Source of the DNA: Eledone cirrhosa
Taxonomy: Eukaryota
Direction: 5' to 3'
Assembly (NCBI GenBank): GCA_964016885.1
Contig: OZ024748.1
Span: forward strand, 37,696,001 to 37,760,000
Length of the DNA: 64,000 nucleotides
Every line of letters begins with the position of its first letter. The first letter of the stretch is position 1. The position numbers were made by a program, and so were the translations under genes. Shown here one piece after another: positions 10,517 to 21,500 of this stretch. Under the pieces are notes generated by a model. It ran no database searches, was not told the DNA's origin, and worked only from the letters and a program-made list of their open reading frames with translations.

Positions 10517-11222
10517 ATTAATACATCTACCAACATATGCGTACAGATGTACACTAATGCTAGTAAATATATAAGTTATGTCAAAGTACCTAGGTAGTTC
10601 AATGCAGGGGGATGCAGAACAATTATATGAAAGACGTAAAATAAGTTAATTTTTAATTTTTAAAATTTTCTTATTTTACGTCTTTCATATAATTGTTCTT
10701 CATCCCCCTGCATTGAACCACCTAGGTACTTTGACATAACTTATATATTTACTAGTATTAGTGTACATCTGTACGCATATGTTGGTAGATGTATTAATTC
10801 TCTATATTTATCTCCAAATTATTTGTTGAGCAAACTTGCCAAATCTACTGCTAATTCATATTAGTAGTAGTAGGCTCTTGTCATAATACCACCCCACTCC
10901 TAACTGACTAACCTCAGTGTCACGTGATTGATTCTTTAGAATCCACCACTGACCAGAGGCAGTGAACTTTTTCAGTGCTATGGAATTTAGTCCCCGCTAG
11001 CTTATTACATCCACTGAATTATTATTTTTATATGGGTTCCTAGTGTCCGCGCATTGCCTGGGAACTTAGCTGAGAATAGACTCCCTGATGACGTATTGAA
11101 TTCTCGATGGTTACATTGTGTAACTATATTTATCCCATTACAGAAACTAATTAGTTGGAGTGAAAATGTTAGTAAGTTAATTTTTAATTTTTAAAATTTT
11201 CTTATTTTACGTCTTTCATATA
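10512..11222 (+). mobile_element. Non-coding HHR element, about 531-bp monomer with 50-bp terminal redundancy plus an inverted 5' arm
   Basis: 10512-10645 is the reverse complement of 10670-10803. 10642-10691 is repeated at 11173-11222. HHR at 11080-11161. Flanked by (TA)n/(GA)n. Confidence 0.8.
11080..11161 (+). ncRNA. Type I hammerhead ribozyme with extended stem II
   Basis: ACUCC CUGAUGA cGUAuUG...(GUUACA-uug-UGUAAC)...CAuUACa GAAA CUAAUUAG UU GGAGU. Stem I is a perfect 5 bp, stem III is palindromic, and the triplet is GUU. Confidence 0.8.
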
Positions 11223-11483
11223 TATATATATATATATACGCACACTAATATACTCACACACATATACATACATATATACATATATATATATATGTATATA
11301 TATGTATATATATGTACTATATATATACTATATATATATATAATATATATATATATCTGCGCGCGTGTGTATGTGCGTGTGTTATACATATATAATATTT
11401 TTCCAGGAGCACAAGTGAATATCAAAAGATTTAAGCTAACTTTAATAACTAGAAATATTTAATTAAAAAACACTGCTTTGCAA

Positions 11484-11587
11484 ATAATTGTTTCTACTTT
11501 TGGCACAAGACCAGCAACTACCCAGTACATTACTGGTACTTTATTTTATCGACCCTGTAAGGATGAAAGGCAAAGTTAACCTCGGCG
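11484..11587 (-). mobile_element. tRNA-derived SINE, 5'-truncated
   Basis: Tail and central domain of the same SINE family. Confidence 0.9.
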
Positions 11588-11591
11588 AAAT

Positions 11592-11777
11592 AATTGTTTC
11601 TATTTTAGGCACAAGGCCAGCAAATACCAGTACATTACTGGTACTTTATTTTATCGACCCCGTAAGGATGAAAGGCAAAGTTAACTCGACGGGATTTGAA
11701 CTCAGCTCATAAAGGGACGTAACTCTATGCTTCAAAGCATGGTGTCCGACTCTCTACCGATACTGCCAATCCACCGC
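11592..11777 (-). mobile_element. tRNA-derived SINE, full length, inserted at the edge of the previous copy
   Basis: Complete A and B boxes. 15-bp TSD CCTCGGCGAAATAAT at 11580-11594 and 11778-11792. Confidence 0.9.
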
Positions 11778-12297
11778 CCTCGGCGAAATAATGAAGAACA
11801 AAATTAACAATTCCTCTCAGAACCTAAAATATTATCAAAGATATGTCCCCGTATGTCTCGTTCTTGAAAACAGAAACACCTCGCTATCTTCCCACTTCTG
11901 ACGTGTCTACTGCCATCTTCAAACTATCGCCGAACTGATTCAACAAACTATAATTGTTTGTATTTTTAATTTTCTACTCATTTTGTTTATCGTTTTTTTC
12001 ATTCTCTTTTTTTTTTTGTGTGTGTATGTATGTGTGTGGGGATGGGTGTATTTCCGATGAAGGACTTACATCTAAAACAGTGAAGACATTTCTATTCTTT
12101 GAACATCGACTTGATAATAATAACAATATTTATCTTGTTTTTAGTGTTGTAATTTAATAACATATTTGTATATATTATAATAATAATAATAATGAAATAT
12201 TATACATACATACACACACATATATATATATATATTAGATTTGCGAGGTTTTTGATATGGAATTGTGTGTCGAAACAAATATTGTTATACTAAGTAT

Positions 12298-12376
<79 letters not shown>

Positions 12377-12657
12377 TATATAAGAATAAATTAAAAGATG
12401 GTTAAAAACGTTCCATGTATTTTATTATGCGCATTTCAACTCACCTCCTACATTATATATATATATATATATATATACATATATATACATATATATATAC
12501 ATATACATATGTGTGTGTGTGTCTGTATATGTGTGTATGTCTGTATATGTGTGTGTGTCTGTATATATATATATATAGATATATATATATACTTGGGGAG
12601 GGTCATATTTGTGTAATAATATTGCCAGAATTAATAACAGAACAAAACCTCGCAAAA

Positions 12658-12729
<72 letters not shown>

Positions 12730-12915
12730 TATACATATATATATATATATACCTCTCCCCCTCTCTCTCCCACTATCTACACACATATATATATATATAT
12801 TTCTATTTACCTCTCCCTCTCTCTTACTGTACTATCTATACAGAGTGACTCCCACACAAACACACATATATACACACACACACATATACAGACACACACA
12901 TATATACACACACAC

Positions 12916-13769
12916 ACTGGCCCACAAGAGATACATATACAACTACACACATATACACACACACATACACACACACACACACTGGCCCACAAGAGATACT
13001 TACACAACCACACACACATACACTCATACACACACACAAATATACACACACACATACACTGGCCCACAAGAGATACTTACACAACCACACACACATATAT
13101 ACACACACACTGGCCCACAAGAGATACATACACAACCACACACACACACACATATATATACACACACACACATACACTGGCTCACAAGAAATACTTACAC
13201 AACCACACACACACACACACACATATATACACACACACACACTGGCCCACAAGAGATACTTACACAACCACACACACACACACACACATACACACACACA
13301 CACATATATACACACACACACACACTGGCCCACAAGAGATACTTACACAACCACACACACATACACACATATACACACACACACAAATATACACACGCAC
13401 ATACACTGGCCCACAAGAGATACTTACACAACCACACACACACACACACATACACACACACACACTGGCCCACAAGAGATACTTACACAACCACACACAC
13501 ACATACACACACACACACTGGACAACAAGAGATACTTACACAACCACACACACACGCACATATACACATACACACTGGCCCACAAGAGATACTTCACACA
13601 ACCACACACACACATATATACACACACACTGGCCCACAAGAGATACATACACAACCACACACACACACACATATATATACACACACACATACACTGGCTG
13701 ACAAGAAATACTTACACAACCACACACATACACACACACACACTGGCCCACAAGAGATACTTACACAAC

Positions 13770-13800
<31 letters not shown>

Positions 13801-14039
13801 TGGCCTACAAGAGATACTTACACAACCACACACACATATACACACTGGCCCACAAGAGATACTTCACACAACCACACACACACATATATACACACACACT
13901 GGCCCACAAGAGATACATACACAACCACACACACACACACATATATATACACACACACATACACTGGCTCACAAGAAATACTTACACAACCACACACATA
14001 CACACACACACACTGGCCCACAAGAGATACTTACACAAC

Positions 14040-14070
<31 letters not shown>

Positions 14071-14141
14071 TGGCCTACAAGAGATAATTACACAACCACA
14101 CACACAAATACACACTGGCCCACAAGAGATACTTACACAAC

Positions 14142-14172
<31 letters not shown>

Positions 14173-14251
14173 TGGCCCACAAGAGATACTTACACAACCA
14201 CACACACACATATACACACACACACTGGCCCACAAGAGATACTTACACAAC

Positions 14252-14282
<31 letters not shown>

Positions 14283-14413
14283 TGACCCACAAGAGATACT
14301 TACACAACCACACATATACACACACACACTGGCCCACAATAGACACTTCACACAACCACACACACACACATATATATACACACACACTGGCCCACAAGAT
14401 ATACTTACACAAC

Positions 14414-14444
<31 letters not shown>

Positions 14445-14699
14445 TGGCCCACAAGAGATACTTCACACAACCACACACATATACACACACACACTGGCCC
14501 ACAAGAGATACTTACACAACCACACACACACACATATACACACACACACTGGCCAACACGAGATACTTCACACAACCACACATACACACACACATATATA
14601 CACACACACACACACTGGCCTACAGGAGATACATACACAATCACACGCATTTACACACACACACACATATAAACACACACACACTGACCCACAAGAGAT
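12916..14699. repeat. Minisatellite: conserved 29-bp core separated by variable (CA/TA)n spacers, about 31 copies
   Basis: Core ACTGGCCCACAAGAGATACTTACACAACC with a period of about 45-85 bp. Internal 270-bp duplication (13574-13843 vs 13844-14113). Confidence 0.95.
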
Positions 14700-14714
14700 G
14701 CAATCAGCCGCCAT
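14689..14714 (-). CDS. Putative first coding exon fragment (MAADCISC-G) of an unidentified host gene
   Basis: Minus strand reads CAAA ATG GCG GCT GAT TGC ATC TCT TGT GG|GTCAGT, giving a good start context and a GT donor. No downstream exon was identified. Confidence 0.3.
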
Positions 14715-14825
14715 TTTGTAATTTCCTTTCTCAACATGGATGATATTAAATGTTGTTTTGTAACCATGGTGATAGTTCCACTGTTCTCTTGTGATTGGTG
14801 GATTGTTTCTGGAAAGCGCGAGCGA
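14705..14825 (-). promoter_or_regulatory. Putative Pol II promoter: YY1, RFX X-box-like and CCAAT motifs
   Basis: GCCGCCATTTTG at 14707-14718, GTAACCATGGTGAT at 14760-14773, and GTGATTGG (CCAATCAC on minus) at 14791-14798, all within a short unique island between repeats. Confidence 0.35.
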
Positions 14826-14884
14826 GAGAGAAAGAGAGAGAAAGCGAGGGCGAGAGGAAGTGAGGGAGAGAGAGGGGGATAGAA

Positions 14885-15290
14885 GGAGGTGTTGTTGTTG
14901 TTGTTGGTTGAGGTGGTGTATGTTGGTGTTTGTCGTGGTGTTAGTGGTGGTGTTGGTGGTGGTGTTGGTGGTGTTGGTGGCGCTGGTGGTGGTGGTTGTG
15001 GTGGTGGTCTTGGTGGTCTTGGTGGCGCTGGTGTTGGTGGTTGTGGTGGTGGTATTGGTGGCGGCGGTGTTGGTGGTGTTGGTGTTGGTGGTGTTGGTGG
15101 CGGTGGTGTTGGCGGTTGTGGTGGTGGTGTTGGTGGTTTTGGTGGCGATGGTGTTGGTGGTGTTGGTGGTGGTGGTGTTGATGTTGTTGTTGGTGGTGGT
15201 GGTGTTGTTGGTGGCGGTGGTGTTGGTGGTGGTGGCGGTGGTGTTGGTGGCGGTGGTGTTGTTGGTGGTGGTGTCGGTGTTGTTTTGTTT
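14885..15290. repeat. Imperfect (GGT/TGT)n trinucleotide tract
   Basis: Seen directly. Confidence 0.95.
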
Positions 15291-15503
15291 TCTGAAACGA
15301 AAGTGAAAAATGAGACATTAATAAGAACGATAACATGGGGAAGGGGTGGCGGAGAATTGAGGAATAATTGAATAAAAGAAGTAGAGAAAGAAACAAAATG
15401 AAGGAAAGAAATAAGGAAAGAAAGATAAAGAAAAATACAATAAAGAAAGAAATACAATAAAGGAAAAGAAATATAAAGAAAACAAAACATAATGTCAGTA
15501 GAG

Positions 15504-18500
15504 AAAGAATGTGCGCGAAGGAGGTAAGAGTGCTGATTAAAAAGAAGGAAAAATATAAAGAATGTTACGAAGGAGGTAAGTGTTGTGATTAAAAAGAAGG
15601 AAAAATATAAAGAATGTTGCGAAGGAGGTAAGAGTGGTGATTAAAAAGAATGAAAAATATAAAGAATGTTGCGAAGGAGGTAGGTGTTGTGATTAAAAAG
15701 AAGGAAAAATATAAAGAATGTTGGGAAGGAGGTAAGTGTTGTGATTAAAAAGAAGGAAAAATATAAAGAATGTTGCGAAGGAGGCATGAGTTATGATTAA
15801 AAAAAAGGAAAAATATACAGAATGTTGCGAAGGAGGTAAGTGTTGTGATTAAAAGGAAGGGAATATATAAAGAATGTGGCGAAGGAGGTAAGAGTTGTGA
15901 TTAAAAAAAAAGGAAAAATATACAGAATGTTGCGAAGGAGGTAAGTGTTGTGATTAAAAGGAAGGGAAAATATAAAGAATGTTGCGAAGGAGGTAAGTGT
16001 TGTGATTAAAAAAAAGGAAAAATATACAGAATGTTGCGAAGGAGGTAAATCTGGTGATTAAAATGAAGGAAAATATAAAGAATGTTGCGAAGGAGGTTAG
16101 GGCGGTGATTAAAAAGAAAGAAAAATATAAAGAATGTTGCGAAAGAGGAAAGAGTGGTGATTAAAAGAAAGAAAAATATAAAGAATGTTGCGAAGGAGGA
16201 AAGTGTTGTGATTAAAAAGAAGGAAAAATATAAAGAATTTTGCGAAGGAGGTAAGTGTTGTGATTAAAAGGAAGGAAAAATATAAAGAATGTTGCGAAGG
16301 AGGTAATTGTTGCAACTAAAAAGAAAGACAAATATAAAAAATGTTGCAAAGGAGGTAAGAGTTGTGATTAAAAAGAAGGTAAAATATAAAGAATGTTGTG
16401 AAGGAGGTAAGTGTTGTGATAAAAATGAATGAAAAATATAGACAATGTTGTGAAGGAGGTAAGAGTTGTGATTAAAAAGAAGGAAAAATATAAGGAATAT
16501 TGCGAAGGAGGTAAGTGTTGTGTTTAAAAAGAAGGAAAAATATAAATAATATTGCGAAGGAAGTAAGTGTTGTGTTTAAAAAGAAGGAAAAATATAAAGA
16601 ATGTTGCAAAAGAGGTAAGTGTTGTGATTAAAAAGAAGGAAAAATATAAAGAATGTTGCGAAGGAGGTAAGAGTATTGATTAAAAAGAAGGAAAAATATA
16701 AAGAATGTTGCGAAGGAGGAAAGTGATGTGATTAAAAAGAAGGAAAAATATAAAGAATGTTACGAAGGAGGTAAGAGTTGTGATTAAAAAGAAGGAAAAA
16801 TATAAAGAATGTTGCGAAGTAGGTAAGTGTTGTGATTAAAAAGAAGGAAAAATATAAAGAATGTTACGAAGGAGGTAAGTGTTGTGATTAAAAAGTAGGA
16901 AAAATATAAAGAAGTTTACGAAGGAGATAAGAGTAGTGATTAAAAAGAAAGAAAACTATAAAGAATATTGCGAAGGAGGTAAGTGTTGTGTTTAAAAAGA
17001 AGGAAAAATATAAAGAAATTTACGAAGGAGGTAAAAGTGGTGATTAAAAAGAAGGAAAAATCTAAAGAATATTGCAAAAGAGGTAAGTGTTGTGATTAAA
17101 AAGAAGGAAAAATATAAAGAATGTTGCGAAGGAGGTAAGAGTGTTGATTAAAGAGAAGGAAAAATATAAAGAATGTTGCGAAGGAGGTAAGTGTTGTGAT
17201 TAAAAAGAAGGAAAAATATAAAGAATATTGCGAAGGTGTTGTGTTTAAAAAGAAGGAAAGATATAAAGAAATTTACGAAGGAGGTAACAATGGTGATTAA
17301 AAAGAAGGAAAAATATAAAGAATATTGCGAAGGAGGTAAGTGTTGTGTTTAAAAAGAAGGAAAAATATGAAGAAATTTTCGAAGGAGGTAAGAGTTGTGT
17401 TTAAAAAGAAGGAAAAATATAAAGAATATTGCGAAGGAGGTAAGTGTGGTGTTTAAAAAGAAGGAAAAATATAAAGAATGTTGCGTAAGAGGTAAGTGTT
17501 GTGATTAAAAAGAAGGAAAAATATAAAGAATGTTGCGAATGAGGTAAGTGTTGTGATTAAAAAGAAGGAAAAATATAAAGAATGTTACGAAGGAGGTAAG
17601 AGTTGTGATTAAAGAGAAGGAAAAATATAAAAATTGTTGCGAAGGAGGTAAGTGTTGTGATTAAAAAGAAGTAAAAATATAAAGAATGTTGCGAAGGAGG
17701 TAAGTGTTCTGATTAAAAATAAGGAAAAATATAAAGAATGTTGCGAAGGAGGTAAGAGTTGTGATTAAAAAGAAGGAAAAATATAAAGAATGTTGCGAAG
17801 GAGGTAACTGTTGTGATTAAAAAGAAGTAAAAATATAAAGAATGTTTCAAAGGAGGTAAGTGTTGTGATTAAAAGAAGGAAAAATATAAAGAATGTTGCG
17901 ATGGAGGTAAGAGTTGTGATTAAAATGAAGGAAAAATATAAAGAATGTTGCGAAGGAGGTAAGAGTTGTGATTAAAAAGAAGGAAAAATATAAAGAATGT
18001 TGCGAAGGAGGTAAGAGTTGTGTTTAATAAGAAGGGAAAATATAAAGAATGTTGCGAAAGAGGTAAGTGTTGTGATTAAAAAGAAGCAAAAATATAAAGA
18101 ATATTGCGAAGGAGGTAAGAGTTGTGTTTAAAAAGAAGGAAAAATATAAAGAAATTTTCGAAGGAGTTAAGAGTTGTGTTTAAAAAGAAGGAAACATATA
18201 AAGAATATTGCGAAGGAGGTAAGTGTTGTGTTTAAAAAGAAGGAAAAATATAAAGAATGTTGCGTAAGAGGTAAGTGTTGTGATTAAAAAGAAGGAAAAA
18301 TATAAAGAATGTTGCGAAGGAGGTAAGTGTTTTGATTAAAAAGAAGGAAAAATATAAAGAATGTTACGAAGGAGGTATGAGTTGTGATTAAAGAGAATGA
18401 AAAATATAAAAATTGTTGCGAAGGAGGTAAGTGTTGTGATTAAAAAGAAGTAAAAATATAAAGAATGTTGCGAAGGAGGTAAGTGTTCTGATGAAAAATA

Positions 18501-21500
18501 AGGAAAAATATAAAGAATGTTGCGAAGCAGGTAATAGTTGTGATTAAAAAGAAGGAAAAATATAAAGAATGTTGCGAAGGAAGTAAGTGTTGTGATTAAA
18601 AAGAAGGAAAAATATAAAGAATGTTTCAAAGGAGGTAAGTGTTGTGATTAAAAGAAGGAAAAATATAAAGAATGTTGCGAAGGAGGTAAGAGTTGTGATT
18701 AAAAAGAAGGAAAAATATAAAGAATGTTGCGAAGGAGGTAAGAGTTGTGATTAAAAAGAAGGAAAAATATAAAGAATGTTGCGAAGGAGGTAAGAGTTGT
18801 GTTTAAAAAGAAGGGAAAATATAAAGAAATTTACGAAGGAGATAAGAGTAGTGATTAAAAAGAAGGAAAACTATAAAGAATATTGCGAAAGAGGTAATTG
18901 TTGTGATTAAAAAGAAGGAAAATTATAGAGAATGTTGCGAAGGAGGTAAGAGTGTTGATTAAAAAGAAGGAAAAATATAAAGAATGTTGCGAAGGAGGTA
19001 AGTGTTGTGATTAAAAAGAAGGAAAAATATAAAGAATGTTACGAAGGAGGTAACAGTTGTGATTAAAAAGAAGGAAAAATATAAAGAATGCTGCGAAGGA
19101 GGTAAGTGTTGAGATTAAAAAGAAGGAAAAATATAAAGAATGTTGCGAAGTAGGTGAGAGTGTCGATTAAAAAAATATATATATAAAGAATGTTTTAAGG
19201 AGGTAAGTGTTGTGATTAAAAAGAAGGAAAAATATAAAGAATGTTGCGAAGTAGGTAAGTGTTGTGATTAAAAAGAAGGAAAAATATAAAGAATGTTACG
19301 AAGGAGGTAAGTGTTGTGATTAAAAAGTAGGAAAAATATAAAGAAGTTTACGAAGGAGATAAGAGTAGTGATTAAAAAGAAAGAAAACTATAAAGAATAT
19401 TGCGAAGGAGGTAAGTGTTGTGTTTAAAAAGAAGGAAAAATATAAAGAAATTTACGAAGGAGGTAAAAGTGGTGATTAAAAAGAAGGAAAAATCTAAAGA
19501 ATATTGCAAAAGAGGTAAGTGTTGTGATTAAAAAGAAGGAAAAATATAAAGAATGTTGCGAAGGAGGTAAGAGTGTTGATTAAAGAGAAGGAAAAATATA
19601 AAGAATGTTGCGAAGGAGGTAAGTGTTGTGATTAAAAAGAAGGAAAAATATAAAGAATATTGCGAAGGTGTTGTGTTTAAAAAGAAGGAAAGATATAAAG
19701 AAATTTACGAAGGAGGTAACAATGGTGATTAAAAAGAAGGAAAAATATAAAGAATATTGCGAAGGAGGTAAGTGTTGTGTTTAAAAAGAAGGAAAAATAT
19801 GAAGAAATTTTCGAAGGAGGTAAGAGTTGTGTTTAAAAAGAAGGAAAAATATAAAGAATATTGCGAAGGAGGTAAGTGTGGTGTTTAAAAAGAAGGAAAA
19901 ATATAAAGAATGTTGCGTAAGAGGTAAGTGTTGTGATTAAAAAGAAGGAAAAATATAAAGAATGTTGCGAATGAGGTAAGTGTTGTGATTAAAAAGAAGG
20001 AAAAATATAAAGAATGTTACGAAGGAGGTAAGAGTTGTGATTAAAGAGAAGGAAAAATATAAAAATTGTTGCGAAGGAGGTAAGTGTTGTGATTAAAAAG
20101 AAGTAAAAATATAAAGAATGTTGCGAAGGAGGTAAGTGTTCTGATTAAAAATAAGGAAAAATATAAAGAATGTTGCGAAGGAGGTAAGAGTTGTGATTAA
20201 AAAGAAGGAAAAATATAAAGAATGTTGCGAAGGAGGTAACTGTTGTGATTAAAAAGAAGTAAAAATATAAAGAATGTTTCAAAGGAGGTAAGTGTTGTGA
20301 TTAAAAGAAGGAAAAATATAAAGAATGTTGCGATGGAGGTAAGAGTTGTGATTAAAATGAAGGAAAAATATAAAGAATGTTGCGAAGGAGGTAAGAGTTG
20401 TGATTAAAAAGAAGGAAAAATATAAAGAATGTTGCGAAGGAGGTAAGAGTTGTGTTTAATAAGAAGGGAAAATATAAAGAATGTTGCGAAAGAGGTAAGT
20501 GTTGTGATTAAAAAGAAGCAAAAATATAAAGAATATTGCGAAGGAGGTAAGAGTTGTGTTTAAAAAGAAGGAAAAATATAAAGAAATTTTCGAAGGAGTT
20601 AAGAGTTGTGTTTAAAAAGAAGGAAACATATAAAGAATATTGCGAAGGAGGTAAGTGTTGTGTTTAAAAAGAAGGAAAAATATAAAGAATGTTGCGTAAG
20701 AGGTAAGTGTTGTGATTAAAAAGAAGGAAAAATATAAAGAATGTTGCGAAGGAGGTAAGTGTTTTGATTAAAAAGAAGGAAAAATATAAAGAATGTTACG
20801 AAGGAGGTATGAGTTGTGATTAAAGAGAATGAAAAATATAAAAATTGTTGCGAAGGAGGTAAGTGTTGTGATTAAAAAGAAGTAAAAATATAAAGAATGT
20901 TGCGAAGGAGGTAAGTGTTCTGATGAAAAATAAGGAAAAATATAAAGAATGTTGCGAAGCAGGTAATAGTTGTGATTAAAAAGAAGGAAAAATATAAAGA
21001 ATGTTGCGAAGGAAGTAAGTGTTGTGATTAAAAAGAAGGAAAAATATAAAGAATGTTTCAAAGGAGGTAAGTGTTGTGATTAAAAGAAGGAAAAATATAA
21101 AGAATGTTGCGAAGGAGGTAAGAGTTGTGATTAAAAAGAAGGAAAAATATAAAGAATGTTGCGAAGGAGGTAAGAGTTGTGATTAAAAAGAAGGAAAAAT
21201 ATAAAGAATGTTGCGAAGGAGGTAAGAGTTGTGTTTAAAAAGAAGGGAAAATATAAAGAAATTTACGAAGGAGATAAGAGTAGTGATTAAAAAGAAGGAA
21301 AACTATAAAGAATATTGCGAAAGAGGTAATTGTTGTGATTAAAAAGAAGGAAAATTATAGAGAATGTTGCGAAGGAGGTAAGAGTGTTGATTAAAAAGAA
21401 GGAAAAATATAAAGAATGTTGCGAAGGAGGTAAGTGTTGTGATTAAAAAGAAGGAAAAATATAAAGAATGTTACGAAGGAGGTAACAGTTGTGATTAAAA

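Noticed and set aside
12916-14699. CRISPR-like pattern of a constant 29-bp repeat with variable spacers
   Set aside because: The spacers are only CA/TA microsatellite, the context is eukaryotic, and there are no cas genes.
12415-14743. Long ORFs of 428 and 632 aa
   Set aside because: They are His/Thr/Tyr/Ile-rich translations of stop-poor microsatellite and minisatellite DNA.
1975-15290. (CAC/CAA)n and (GGT/TGT)n tracts as giant inverted termini of one element
   Set aside because: The similarity is compositional only, and the flanks do not match.
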